This document shows, piece by piece, positions 42,541-53,089 of a stretch of DNA of 64,000 bases. The stretch is taken from IMG/VR virus record IMGVR_UViG_3300032331_000527, positions 1 to 64,000 of that record; one strand, 5' to 3'. Each line of letters opens with the position of its first letter. The stretch's first letter is position 1. Made by a program: the position numbers and the translations under genes. This stretch comes from a virus. Below the pieces are notes generated by a model. It saw nothing but the letters and a program-made list of their open reading frames with translations, did not search any database and had not been told where the DNA came from.

Positions 42541-43631
42541 TATCCACCCAACGCTACTATACGAGCCTCTAGTGCTGATATTTGTGCCAACGCATTATTC
42601 AATGCCGTCGTTAAAATACCAACTGTGTTTGATGTGACAACACCGCCTGTGACATTGACGACAATCAAATCGTTTTCTCTTAGTTCACCAAGTGTTGTCG
42701 TTGATACAGTTGCTATGTTATTTGCTGCACCACCTGATGCTACTGTTCCTGCTTGCCACTTACGAGTTGTTGCATTATAGACGAGGGCTTGGCCTTCGGT
42801 AGCTGTTTTCAAGCTCGCGTAGTCAACGTCATCCAACTTGTGTAGATTAACTTCACCAGAACCAGGTGAGCGTGATATTCCCATCGTTGTTGAATATGCG
42901 AGTCTTGACAAACGATTTTCCGCAGCTGTCAAGAATACTTCCACTTGTTTTTTTAGTGGCGCTATGTCAGGAGCAGGTCCAACTGGTCCTATAGGACCAG
43001 TGTCACCTTTTATACCCTGGGGCCCGTCTTGTCCAGGTATCCCTTGAGCGCCCCTCTCACCGGGGCTGCCGGGATTTCCATCAAGACCTCTTGCTCCGTC
43101 GGAACCTCGTTCACCTCGTTCACCAGCAACACCTGGCTCGCCTCGTTCTCCACGTTCTCCGCGTTCACCAGCAACACCTGGCTCGCCTCGTTCTCCACGT
43201 TGTCCTCGCTCTCCAGGAATACCTGCGATTCCTTGTTCGCCGTCGTTGCCCTTTTCGCCTTTTTCGCCATGTTCTCCCTTTTCTCCACGTTCGCCTTGAA
43301 TTCCTGCAAGACCTTGAATTCCCTGTAGACCAGTTAAACCACGTTCTCCTTGGTCACCTCTTTTGCCTCGTTCGCCAGTATCTCCCTTGAATCCCTGGAT
43401 TCCTTGAGGCCCAGGAGTTAATATGAATTCGTTGAGTATTTTTTCTTCAAGAGATCTACGAACTTCGTTAGCTTCTGATTTGGCGAACTTTTGTGCAACT
43501 GATAGTATTTTAGCTTTATCTAATTCTGATATGAAAGAATGTTCGTTGAAATGGCGTCGCAGTTCATCTGTTTCGGCCTTAGCAAACTTAGGAGCTATGG
43601 AAAGAATCTGAGCCTTTTCTAGTTCTTTCAT
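42540..43631 (-). CDS. Collagen-like (Gly-X-Y) fibre protein
   Basis: About 48 consecutive Gly-X-Y triplets; GSGEVNL..LDDVD; L.YNA...KW. Confidence 0.88.
   Translation of the reverse strand: MKELEKAQILSIAPKFAKAETDELRRHFNEHSFISELDKAKILSVAQKFAKSEANEVRRSLEEKILNEFILTPGPQGIQGFKGDTGERGKRGDQGERGLTGLQGIQGLAGIQGERGEKGEHGEKGEKGNDGEQGIAGIPGERGQRGERGEPGVAGERGERGERGEPGVAGERGERGSDGARGLDGNPGSPGERGAQGIPGQDGPQGIKGDTGPIGPVGPAPDIAPLKKQVEVFLTAAENRLSRLAYSTTMGISRSPGSGEVNLHKLDDVDYASLKTATEGQALVYNATTRKWQAGTVASGGAANNIATVSTTTLGELRENDLIVVNVTGGVVTSNTVGILTTALNNALAQISALEARIVALGG
43117..43199. repeat. Exact duplication with 45-nt period in the collagen gene
   Basis: CGTTCACCAGCAACACCTGGCTCGCCTCGTTCTCCACG occurs twice. Confidence 0.8.
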
Positions 43632-43633
43632 TT

Positions 43634-45460
43634 CTATAACACATCCCTGATCTCTTCCGTTTCTTCGATATCTTCTTTAGAGACCTTTTCTATGGCACGA
43701 GTCATGTTTTCAATTAAACGTCTGTCTTCTTCAGAAAGAGGCTTTGGAGTGAACTCTTCTTTCTTAACAGTTCCTTTTTTATCACCTGTTAACTTGATTT
43801 CGATTTTCTGTGCTTTTGGTTTAGCTTCTGCAGCAGGTTTTGCTTCTGGTTTCTTTAACGCAGCAGCTTTAGCTTCCAACTCTTTGCCTTTAATGTCCAT
43901 GTCTTTCATAGCCATTTGCTGTTGAGTCTTTTGCATTTCTTGATCGTGCTGTTGCTGTTGTGCAGCCATTTCATCTTGAGCAGTATCTGGCTCTGCTGCA
44001 ATCTGCGCATCAATTTCACGCATGTCTTCTTCAGACTGACGTAGAACGTTTTTACGAATCCATTCTGTAGAATAGTATTTGCCAGCATATGCGTCAACTA
44101 CGCCTAAAACAGCCAAACGATTGTTGAGCATATCTTGCTCTTTGATTTCAGCATAATAGTTATCACGCTGATAGCTATAGCTGATATCATTCTTCATCTC
44201 TTTCCACTCTTCACGAGTCATTACGCCCGTAAGAAGAAGTTGGATTTCTAGAAGATGATCAAAGAGATGTGAGAAACGATCGCGTAGGCGTTCAATGAAC
44301 TTAGCGAACTTGATTTCGTCACGAGAGATTTCACTACCACGACCAAGTGAGAACTGACCGTCTGGCTCTAAGCGTGAGATAGGAACAGATAGTGACTTAT
44401 AGAGTTTCTTGCGGAAATATTCTACGTCATCCATTTGTCCGAGGTTTTCGCCTCCAGGCAATGTAGTGATTTCAGTTCCGCGCCCACCTTCACGACGGGG
44501 AAGCCAATAGTCTTCCAACATAGTCATGAACTTACGAGCATCTTTGACTGCACCAGTATCTGCATCATAAACAAGACGGTTCTTATGACGAACCATCATA
44601 TCACGCACATACTGTTCAGCTTTTGCTTTTGGTAAGTTACCAACGTCGATATAGAAAATGCGGCGCTCAGGTGCGCGAGCGAGACGATAGATAACTACCG
44701 CGTCTTCAAGCATACGCAACTGATTAAGGGGTTTAATCGCTTTGTGTAAGTGCGAAAGCACCATACGATTACGGGCATCTAGATTTCCGCTATGAACATA
44801 GCAGATAGCATCTTTGGAAATCTTAACGCCTTGTGTCATCGTGCCAGTAGCCATACCAGCAAGATTGTACAAATAATATTCTTCGTATGCAGGAACGATT
44901 AGTTTTGAGTTCTGTCCAACGATAGGAGTACGCTTCATTGGCTGACGAACTTTACGAATACGTCTTGGATCAATGTAACGAAGCTCTTGGATACCCATAC
45001 GAGGGCTCTTATTGTCAATCATAATATGATAGAACAGACGACCATCGATATACCAACGACGGAAGATGTCATATGCCATATTATGAAAATCAAGAAGATC
45101 TAGAACTGTTTTGAATTCTTCTTCGATGCGTCTCTTGACGCTCTCGGGCTGTTTAAGCTTTTCTAAGTCAATAGAAACTGGATCTCTTTCGTCATCTGTG
45201 ATAATAGCTTCGTTAATTACGTCGTCAATCGCAGATTCGCATTCCGGATACATTGACATCTCACGATATCTAGTTACCAGTTCGCCTTCGTTCTTTGATA
45301 CACCTTCTAAGTCGACGTAAGTGCCGTATGCACCGCCAGGCGCTACTTCAAGCGCACCATCGGTATTAGGTGGAGGAGCAAAGGAAGGAACCGAGACTGC
45401 CTTCTTCTCGGTTTCTTCCTCAGTCTTCCCAATACGGAAGCCAAACAATTCGATTGCCAT
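43634..45460 (-). CDS. gp20: Portal vertex protein
   Basis: FRRWYIDGR, YRLARAPERRIFYIDVGNLPK, EDYWLPRREGGRGTEITTLPGG. Confidence 0.97.
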   Translation of the reverse strand: MAIELFGFRIGKTEEETEKKAVSVPSFAPPPNTDGALEVAPGGAYGTYVDLEGVSKNEGELVTRYREMSMYPECESAIDDVINEAIITDDERDPVSIDLEKLKQPESVKRRIEEEFKTVLDLLDFHNMAYDIFRRWYIDGRLFYHIMIDNKSPRMGIQELRYIDPRRIRKVRQPMKRTPIVGQNSKLIVPAYEEYYLYNLAGMATGTMTQGVKISKDAICYVHSGNLDARNRMVLSHLHKAIKPLNQLRMLEDAVVIYRLARAPERRIFYIDVGNLPKAKAEQYVRDMMVRHKNRLVYDADTGAVKDARKFMTMLEDYWLPRREGGRGTEITTLPGGENLGQMDDVEYFRKKLYKSLSVPISRLEPDGQFSLGRGSEISRDEIKFAKFIERLRDRFSHLFDHLLEIQLLLTGVMTREEWKEMKNDISYSYQRDNYYAEIKEQDMLNNRLAVLGVVDAYAGKYYSTEWIRKNVLRQSEEDMREIDAQIAAEPDTAQDEMAAQQQQHDQEMQKTQQQMAMKDMDIKGKELEAKAAALKKPEAKPAAEAKPKAQKIEIKLTGDKKGTVKKEEFTPKPLSEEDRRLIENMTRAIEKVSKEDIEETEEIRDVL

Positions 45461-45503
45461 CTATAATCCTTCAAGTAAGTAATAATATCGAAGAGGCAAT
45501 CAA

Positions 45504-46112
45504 CTAGGTAAGAAGTACCCTATTGTTGACGTCTTTAGCAACGTTCCAGTAATCGTATGCAAATTCAACGGTGAACTCTTCGACAGCGTCTGTGGTTTCC
45601 CAATTCAAATCAATGCTTGAGATATTGATTGGGAAAATGTTTACGAAATCGTATTCGCGAGTTGGAATAGCTGCATCGCCAGCTGAAGTACCGCCAGCAT
45701 AAACACCAGTCTTAGCATAATGACGGACTGTCGCAATAGAACGATAAGAAGCACGTCCAGACTCTGTAATGGCACCTACGTTACGCAGATTGTTGTTGTG
45801 TGAGTTAATGAATGAACTCCACTTCTCGAATGCGTGACGTACCATAAAATCTTCGTCATTTAGAATTGTTACTGTCCAATTCTCAAAGGTTCTATTTCCT
45901 GCCATTTTAATCTTGCGACCGAAGTAGGGCACTTCAATTTGCCCTACTGTAGATGTTGGTAGTTGCGCTGCTTTACATACGAAGCGAAACTGAGCTTCAG
46001 CCGTTGGTTCAGCAAGAGCTGCTGGCAACGTCATGAAGACTTCGAAGAGCGAAGCTCTCGCGCCACCAAGAGGTAGTCCTTGTGAAGCGAAAGTTGACAC
46101 ATTAAAGGGCAT
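45504..46112 (-). CDS. gp19: Tail tube protein
   Basis: GGARASLFEV, PYFGRKIKMAGNRTFENWTVT, EEFTVEFAYDYW. Confidence 0.95.
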   Translation of the reverse strand: MPFNVSTFASQGLPLGGARASLFEVFMTLPAALAEPTAEAQFRFVCKAAQLPTSTVGQIEVPYFGRKIKMAGNRTFENWTVTILNDEDFMVRHAFEKWSSFINSHNNNLRNVGAITESGRASYRSIATVRHYAKTGVYAGGTSAGDAAIPTREYDFVNIFPINISSIDLNWETTDAVEEFTVEFAYDYWNVAKDVNNRVLLT

Positions 46113-46139
46113 AGTTTTTATTCTCCCTACTGTTTAAAG

Positions 46140-46147
46140 TATTTATT
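46140..46147 (-). promoter_or_regulatory. Late promoter
   Basis: AATAAATA upstream of gp19. Confidence 0.65.
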
Positions 46148-46154
46148 CCGCTTA

Positions 46155-48470
46155 TTAGAACTTACCTACAACTTCAGTGAAATCTACACCGGTACGAACG
46201 GCTACGAAGTTCAGCTGGATGAAGTTGATCGAACGAGCAGGTTTAATATAGATATCGCCGATGAATTCGTTACGATCGATGACTTCTGGTGTGTTATTTG
46301 TTTCGTCGCAAACTACACGGAAATCCGTGATACCACGACGACCCTGAACGTCACGCAGGAACGGCTCAACAAGTGAACGGAACTGAGCGCGAGTGAATGC
46401 ATCGTTAAATTCAAAGAGCGTGTACTTAGCTGCTGTAGCGATAGCCTTTTCAAGAACGATGAACAGACGACGAACGTTGATACGATCGAAAGCTGATGGC
46501 TTCGTTAGAAGAGTCTTATCACCAAAGAGAATTGTACCTTCGCCTGGGAAAGTCACGATTGGATTAATACCACGCTTGTAGAGCTGATCACGATCCGTCT
46601 TATTTGGATTGTAAGCCATTCTAACAACGTTCTTAATCTGCCCACGATTATATCCAGCTGGTGAGTACCAAGGATCGCGATCAATATCAGTACGAACCAT
46701 CGTACCAGCAACGTCGCCGTTACAAGGAATGTTACGGAAAATGTCGTTGTACTTGTCGTATTGAACTTTATATCCAGAATCCAACACACCATAAGATGTT
46801 GATGGTAAGAAGTTACGGAATTCAACGATGTCGTCTACTTCTGATCCTGCATATCCGCTGTTATTAACAACGTCAGCTGAACGAGGTGAGAAGATACCAA
46901 TACAATCTTTACGATATTCACAGATATTGTTTAGAATGTGAATCGCTACGGTTGAAGAAGAAGCACCACCAAGAATCAGTGATACGTCAACATCTTGAGC
47001 AGACTTGAACAGATTGTATCCGTTGATATAGTCGGCTGCACGTGGTGCTCTTCCATCATCGCCTCTTGCAAAAGATACGTTAGATGGCTTAGATTGAGCA
47101 CCAGTTGCTATATTTAAACCAGAAGTGACTGATCTACCAGCAGTAAATCCACCTGTATGACCGTTCCACCAAACCCAACGAGACATCTTGTTGATGTAGT
47201 TCTTGTAGTAGATATCTGTACCGTCTTCGCTCTTGGCATTAACGCACTTGGAAAGATTAGGATACACTTCAAGAATTGTATTAGCAGTTCCTGCGATACC
47301 ACCTTTAAGATCTGCAATAACAACGTGCATTTCATCGCCTGAAGTACCATATTGTGATGCTTCATTGCTAGTGCCTGGAGCAGAAGAGAAGTAATCAAAG
47401 AATTCCCAACGACGAGTAGCACCTTGTGTGGTAGAAGTGTTACCAACATACTTAGACTGGATCGTGAAATAACGACCGTTAGCTGCGATAGAAGCAATCT
47501 TAACTGGAATTTTATCTGGACCAGCAACAATAATGTCGCCTACAGTAAGTTGACTACCTACGTTAGCAGTAGATGTTACAACCGTGCTGTTGTTTGAGAA
47601 TGTCAATACTCCTGTTCCATAAGAACCAGGAGAGAACCATCCATACTTTGTTGAAGTAACAGCTACAGTACCGTTAGAACCAGTAGATGTGCCTTGCGCT
47701 CCAGCTTGAAGTGTTAGCGTTACAGTCCAACCAGTTGTCACGCTTGCAGAAGTGTTTGAAGAAACACGAGCAGTAACTTTTCTTTGCTTTGTTCCATTAA
47801 AAATCAAATAGTCAGTTGTATTAATTTGGCTTATTAGATTAGATGAAGCCACTTTTGATTTAGTGTTAGCTGTGACGCTTGAGATATTTCCGTTAGCAGC
47901 AGTTACAATCGTGAACACTGTTGCAGAAAGACCGGCGCTGTTAGCAGCAGAAAGCGTTGTTCCGCCAAGAGCAAAACCGCGAGTAGCAGTTGTTGATAAA
48001 GTGCTTTCGAATGCATTAGCAGTCAAACATGTAGACGCACGAAGATTGTTACCAAGAAGACCTGGATACTTAGCAATGAAAGAACCTGCTCCAGAAACGC
48101 CAGCAGAAGAATAATTTTCCTGATAATCGTCTTCGTTCTTAACGAGCGGATATATCGATGTATTTGACGAAGAGATAGCATTAACAGCTCTAAGAATATT
48201 ATTCGAACTCTGATTTACGACACGAACAGTGTACAGAGCATTACCGTATGCAAGGAAGTTCGCAGCGGTAAAGAAGTCAACAGCTGTATTGGTAGTTGGG
48301 TGCCAAAATGATTTGACAAGCGTATCTTCGCTATCAACGAGAACACGCTGCCCAACAGGACCCCAGCGCAAATGGCCCGCAAACGCACCAGTTGTAGTGC
48401 TTACGGCAGGAATAATCGTTGTGAGATCGATCTCACTTACATTAACTCCTGGAGAAACTTGGAAACCCAT
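46155..48470 (-). CDS. gp18: Tail sheath protein
   Basis: SPGVNVSEIDLT, PWYSPAG.NRG, FDRINVRRLF, IKPARSINFI.LNF. Confidence 0.97.
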   Translation of the reverse strand: MGFQVSPGVNVSEIDLTTIIPAVSTTTGAFAGHLRWGPVGQRVLVDSEDTLVKSFWHPTTNTAVDFFTAANFLAYGNALYTVRVVNQSSNNILRAVNAISSSNTSIYPLVKNEDDYQENYSSAGVSGAGSFIAKYPGLLGNNLRASTCLTANAFESTLSTTATRGFALGGTTLSAANSAGLSATVFTIVTAANGNISSVTANTKSKVASSNLISQINTTDYLIFNGTKQRKVTARVSSNTSASVTTGWTVTLTLQAGAQGTSTGSNGTVAVTSTKYGWFSPGSYGTGVLTFSNNSTVVTSTANVGSQLTVGDIIVAGPDKIPVKIASIAANGRYFTIQSKYVGNTSTTQGATRRWEFFDYFSSAPGTSNEASQYGTSGDEMHVVIADLKGGIAGTANTILEVYPNLSKCVNAKSEDGTDIYYKNYINKMSRWVWWNGHTGGFTAGRSVTSGLNIATGAQSKPSNVSFARGDDGRAPRAADYINGYNLFKSAQDVDVSLILGGASSSTVAIHILNNICEYRKDCIGIFSPRSADVVNNSGYAGSEVDDIVEFRNFLPSTSYGVLDSGYKVQYDKYNDIFRNIPCNGDVAGTMVRTDIDRDPWYSPAGYNRGQIKNVVRMAYNPNKTDRDQLYKRGINPIVTFPGEGTILFGDKTLLTKPSAFDRINVRRLFIVLEKAIATAAKYTLFEFNDAFTRAQFRSLVEPFLRDVQGRRGITDFRVVCDETNNTPEVIDRNEFIGDIYIKPARSINFIQLNFVAVRTGVDFTEVVGKF

Positions 48471-48533
48471 CGGACTTATCTCCTTTATAAAAACGAAGTT
48501 GTGTTTTCTTCGCGCCCTAAATTGAACTCGATT

Positions 48534-48541
48534 TATTTATA
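48534..48541 (-). promoter_or_regulatory. Late promoter
   Basis: TATAAATA upstream of gp18. Confidence 0.75.
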
Positions 48542-48561
48542 AAAAGCGGGCTTTTATCTAT

Positions 48562-50181
48562 TTAGAAATTCCCAAACCCACTAGATTCACCAAAAGCGTC
48601 TCCGGAATTTTCCATTGATTGAGTGGCTTCACCATCGTCGATGAAACCAGCAGGCAACAAATCGTCGTGAACGTCTTTCATGTTTGCATTTGCTAGATTC
48701 TGTCGAATATCGCTATTCGTTAGATCTTTAAAATATGGCTGAGTAATCAACCATCCAAAAAGCACGAGCGTCATAGCTAAATCGTCGTGACAACCTTCTT
48801 CAGCTTTAAACGTATCTTTATCTTCGATGAACGTCGTCAGCTCTTCGATAGTCTCAAAATCTGTTATCAGTAAACGATCACTTTCGATGATCGTTTTTAA
48901 GTTAGAACACCCAATCTTTTTAACTGATTTCGTTGTACGGATACCAAAGGCTGAACGAATATTGAATCCACCACCAACCTTGATATTTTTGTTTTTCGTG
49001 AACGTAGCAATCACGTTTTCATATTCAAGATCCATAAACAACGAGTTAACTACCTGTTGTCCGATATTATTAGTTTCACCTAACACATACGCATTATTGT
49101 ACCACTTGCAAAACCTGTAAATAATATCAGGAAACATCAAAGGTGTTACTTCTCGACTCCTATATTTAGCTACTTGACGATATGGCAATTGCGATACGTC
49201 GTAGATCGACAAAGCTGAATAATCTTGCCCAACACCTTCGGACACGTCAAACACACATATGTAGGATTTACGAGGATCTGGCTTTTCGTAATAGTCTAGA
49301 CCCCATTTATCTTTGCTAGGAGTAATCCAAGACAACTCACGCAATTTCATTGGATGGATAAGTGTGCTGGACGAACCAATGAACTCGCACTCAAACTCCT
49401 GACGAAATTGCTCTTCGCTGGTGTTAGCGATAGTCTGTTGTCTCCAACTATCATCACGCCCAGGAACTTCGTTCCACATAATTTCAATAGGAACATACTC
49501 GCTACGACCCTCACTAGCATCTGTCCACATCTTGAAGAAGTGATTCATACCAAGAGGCGTAGAAACGATAATAATCTTAGTCGTCTTACCTGATGAAATC
49601 GTAGGATATGTAGAAGCGAAGAACGCATCAGCTAGATTGCGTTGAACGTGGGCAAACTCGTCGAGGAAGATTAGATTGAATGATCCACCGCGGATAGCAC
49701 TGGATGATGTAGCAGCAGCTAGAACCTTAGAACCGTTCTCAAGCTCGATGTTACCTTTATTCCAAGTGACTACGCCTTGCTGCAACCATTTCGGAAGATA
49801 TTCGTACGCAAGCTGGAGTTTAGCTAACAGGTCTCGCGCGAGCGCGCCCTTGTTCGCGAGGATAGCGACATTCTGTTGATCTGTAAACAATACGAGCCAT
49901 AAAATATATGCAACAGATGTCGTAGACTTACCGACCTGACGAGGAAGCTTACAGATAGAAAATCTGTTGTCCGCAAACGTGTGGAGCATCTTCGCTTGGA
50001 AATCCCACATATTAAATGGCATAAGACCAAGATCTACGTTTACGATCTTGACGTAATTACGAGCGAAGTACTCTACGTCCTTAGCGCACTTGATATATTC
50101 GTCAGCTTCGTGTTTGGTGTATTGATGTATGACACCAACAGCTTTGAGGTTGGGATTTCCTAGATACGTTTTGACAGCCAT
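48562..50181 (-). CDS. gp17: Terminase large subunit
   Basis: YLGNPNLK, PRQVGKST, IFLDEFA, DVSEGVGQDYS, HDDLAM. Confidence 0.97.
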   Translation of the reverse strand: MAVKTYLGNPNLKAVGVIHQYTKHEADEYIKCAKDVEYFARNYVKIVNVDLGLMPFNMWDFQAKMLHTFADNRFSICKLPRQVGKSTTSVAYILWLVLFTDQQNVAILANKGALARDLLAKLQLAYEYLPKWLQQGVVTWNKGNIELENGSKVLAAATSSSAIRGGSFNLIFLDEFAHVQRNLADAFFASTYPTISSGKTTKIIIVSTPLGMNHFFKMWTDASEGRSEYVPIEIMWNEVPGRDDSWRQQTIANTSEEQFRQEFECEFIGSSSTLIHPMKLRELSWITPSKDKWGLDYYEKPDPRKSYICVFDVSEGVGQDYSALSIYDVSQLPYRQVAKYRSREVTPLMFPDIIYRFCKWYNNAYVLGETNNIGQQVVNSLFMDLEYENVIATFTKNKNIKVGGGFNIRSAFGIRTTKSVKKIGCSNLKTIIESDRLLITDFETIEELTTFIEDKDTFKAEEGCHDDLAMTLVLFGWLITQPYFKDLTNSDIRQNLANANMKDVHDDLLPAGFIDDGEATQSMENSGDAFGESSGFGNF

Positions 50182-50594
50182 TATTTACGCCCATTAATCA
50201 ATGCTTGTAGCTCCGCTGAAGTTCCCACGAAAATAGCATTCTCCGCTTGAATATTCTGCGAAGCTTTGTGATCATCAGTTTTCTTTAGGTCTTTCAGTTT
50301 CTTTTGAATATCCAATAGATCTTTATTGGCGTCTACCATCGTTTTAATGAGTTGCCCAACAACTTCGAATGCGCGAGGATGCTCAGAAGTTTTTGCAACC
50401 ATGAGAGCTTCGTCTAGCGCATCATTACCTTTGTGAATAATCTGATGAAGATTGTTTCTAACCTTAGCAAAATCGTCATCAATGTCTTCATTAGGATTAA
50501 CTTCGATTGGTGGTAACATTTCAATCATAGGACGAGAATCAGGTAATCCCAGAGCGTTTTCTACGCTTATCTCAAATTTTGTTTTTTCAATCAT
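50181..50594 (-). CDS. gp16: Terminase small subunit
   Basis: SEHPRAFEV, AIFVGTSAELQ. Confidence 0.93.
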   Translation of the reverse strand: MIEKTKFEISVENALGLPDSRPMIEMLPPIEVNPNEDIDDDFAKVRNNLHQIIHKGNDALDEALMVAKTSEHPRAFEVVGQLIKTMVDANKDLLDIQKKLKDLKKTDDHKASQNIQAENAIFVGTSAELQALINGRK

Positions 50595-51481
50595 GATATT
50601 GGTTCATCCGTTCCTGTTTTAGGATTATATTTTTTACCATCTACGAAGAAGAATGAGTTGCTACAGAATCCGTAGTCATCTGTTGCGTTGATTTGATTAT
50701 ATGGAATAGAAGCAGAGCTGTTCGTTGTTGGGCTTCCGTTAGCCAATAATCCTGGCTGAATAACAATACGAGAGCTGCGTCCTGTTCGCGCGACGTCTTC
50801 TAATGTGATCTTTCTGCCGCTGTTTGTATTGGCAGTAACGACACCAAAATCGATCTGTGCACGCTTGATAATTCCCTGACGTTTCGTTGGTCCGTAGAAG
50901 AATCCTTTGACAGTAAAATCAAACGTGTATATTAACGCACGACGATTATTGAAATCACCTTCGTATGTGTCTTCGATAGATACTGTATTCAGAATCGTAG
51001 GCACATCCATAGTGATACTTGTTTGTGGAATAAGACGCACTTGATTAGTCCACTCGGGACCAAAATAAGGCACAATCTGCTCAAGAATCTGTGCGCCATC
51101 GTCTGCGTTGCGCACGTATGCGTATAGATTGAATTGCAAATCATATGGAACTGGATTATAGTTGAAATCTAATTTGTCTTCATCAGTAGTGACTTTGATG
51201 TTACGCCCTGTGCTATTAAGACGACGTTGTCCGTCATAGTTCAGCGTTGTCATTTCAAACGCCATACGCGGAAGCTGAATCGCTACTTGTTGATCTAAAT
51301 CAGGATCTTGAGTCGTACGAACTAGGAACTTTTCCTTTGGACCATAGGCAAGAGGGACTGTAACTGCGCTCACGTTGTTATTAGCCGTATCATAGCGACG
51401 AACAACAATGTCGTTGAACATGTTACCAAACATGATAACATATTTTCTAAGCGACTGATGATAAAACTGTGATCCAAACAT
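50591..51481 (-). CDS. gp15: Tail sheath stabilizer/completion protein
   Basis: VPLAYGPKEKF, LPRMAFE, QILEQIVPYF.P. Confidence 0.93.
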   Translation of the reverse strand: MFGSQFYHQSLRKYVIMFGNMFNDIVVRRYDTANNNVSAVTVPLAYGPKEKFLVRTTQDPDLDQQVAIQLPRMAFEMTTLNYDGQRRLNSTGRNIKVTTDEDKLDFNYNPVPYDLQFNLYAYVRNADDGAQILEQIVPYFGPEWTNQVRLIPQTSITMDVPTILNTVSIEDTYEGDFNNRRALIYTFDFTVKGFFYGPTKRQGIIKRAQIDFGVVTANTNSGRKITLEDVARTGRSSRIVIQPGLLANGSPTTNSSASIPYNQINATDDYGFCSNSFFFVDGKKYNPKTGTDEPIS

Positions 51482-52317
51482 TAGTATCTATCCACTTCAG
51501 AGAATGGGTTACGTTCGCTGAAGTCGATGTAGTCGAGCGACTTCGTGGTGAAATATTCGTTGTTAGCCAATTTATCTTGGGTCTCGACTCTGTATTCCCA
51601 CAGAATCGATTCGCCGTCTTCATTAAGAATCGAACCAGTTCCGTTTCCACTTTCCAACGTAATTTGATACTGTAGGATATCGTTATTGTAACGAGTACCA
51701 ATAGCGTCGATATCTGTATTGCCTGTAGCAATCGTAGCCAGACGATCTACGAGTTCGCAATTAAGTTCGTATGTGTATAGCTTACCGTGCTGATAAAAGA
51801 CTTGCTCGTTTTCTACGAACTTGATTTCATATAATTTCTTATTCAGAGGAAAGTAAATCCAATCACCTTCGTACGGACGAGAATGTTCCGTTTGATAATC
51901 TTCTGTTCCGCCTGTTTCTAAGCGGAGAGCATTACTATTTCCCCATTCGTTTGTGTTGGCGTTTTCCATCTGAATGTTGTAGCCAACTTCAGTAAGCACT
52001 TTTTCGTTAGATACTTGTTCCCAACGCTTACGAGACATAACGAACGTAATCGAGTCACGGATTTCTAGGTTGAACTTGGAAAGGAAATCGCCTTCACCCT
52101 CGAATCCTTGAGTGTTCTTGATATACATTTCGATGTCAATGGCATCGTTGAACGCAGACGAAGCGTCTTCACCTAATAGAGCATCTGGATTACCAAGAGT
52201 TCGTGGCAAATACTTCACGTCAAGACCATAGATCTTGATTGATTGAATAATCAAATCTTCAGCTAGATCTTGTTGACGTCCGAAAGTAAACGGACGGAAG
52301 TATTTGTTCGTTGCCAT
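51481..52317 (-). CDS. gp14: Neck protein
   Basis: G.DV.YLPR, IEMYI....GFEG.GD..SKF, RP.EGD.IYFP, DFSERNPF. Confidence 0.93.
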   Translation of the reverse strand: MATNKYFRPFTFGRQQDLAEDLIIQSIKIYGLDVKYLPRTLGNPDALLGEDASSAFNDAIDIEMYIKNTQGFEGEGDFLSKFNLEIRDSITFVMSRKRWEQVSNEKVLTEVGYNIQMENANTNEWGNSNALRLETGGTEDYQTEHSRPYEGDWIYFPLNKKLYEIKFVENEQVFYQHGKLYTYELNCELVDRLATIATGNTDIDAIGTRYNNDILQYQITLESGNGTGSILNEDGESILWEYRVETQDKLANNEYFTTKSLDYIDFSERNPFSEVDRY

Positions 52318-52319
52318 CG

Positions 52320-53060
52320 TTATCCAATCATGTCCGTAACAGGCAAGCTGTAATCGTTAATAACAGTATCTTCGAGTCTTTGTATTTCTTCCTGTGCTTC
52401 GTCCCATATCTTTTGTCCATTAAACGTAATGCCGCCTGGAAGATTCATGCCTTCGTATAGCTTTAGATGCTCGCCCCACTGGCGCTTAACCAGCTGTGTG
52501 GCATACTGTTTAAGCCAAGGCTCTTCCCAGACATCTGGATATTCTTCTGGATTGACTTCGCGATAACCTTCGATCATAATGAATTGACCTACTTGAGTGT
52601 CGTCGTCCCACGACATATCAATTTGCAACTTATTCATATTACGATTGAAGCGGATAGGTTTCTTTCCGACGAACACTTCTTCAAGGAATTCGATATGGCG
52701 CATCGCAACAACATAAGGCGCAATAGATACGCTAGAAACATTGAACAGTTCGTTTAGATGAAGCTGATAACGAATATTGAACATATTCATAGCACCATAC
52801 GAATCGTTGATATCAAAAACGCGAGTCACTCCTACGAAATCATTCGGAAGAGTGATATAACGATTATTGATATTTGTTTGCGTTAGTTGATGTGGATAAT
52901 ACACATGCTCCATACCGTCAAAGTGATAATCGCGATACTTGAGCAAAGCATCGTCAATACGATCATCAATCTGCTCATCGTCGACGTTGATGTCAATGAC
53001 TGGAGAGCCTAAACGGCGTAAGATATATTCTTTGAACTGTTGACGACTTGTAATAGCCAT
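52320..53060 (-). CDS. gp13: Neck protein
   Basis: LRRLGSPVIDINV, YHFDG, KRQWGE.L, LPGGITFNG. Confidence 0.93.
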   Translation of the reverse strand: MAITSRQQFKEYILRRLGSPVIDINVDDEQIDDRIDDALLKYRDYHFDGMEHVYYPHQLTQTNINNRYITLPNDFVGVTRVFDINDSYGAMNMFNIRYQLHLNELFNVSSVSIAPYVVAMRHIEFLEEVFVGKKPIRFNRNMNKLQIDMSWDDDTQVGQFIMIEGYREVNPEEYPDVWEEPWLKQYATQLVKRQWGEHLKLYEGMNLPGGITFNGQKIWDEAQEEIQRLEDTVINDYSLPVTDMIG

Positions 53061-53089
53061 AAGGGGAGCTCTCCAATGAGTAACTCCCC

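Noticed and set aside
43010-43390. Several overlapping repetitive ORFs in other frames of the collagen gene
   Set aside because: By-products of Gly-X-Y codon periodicity
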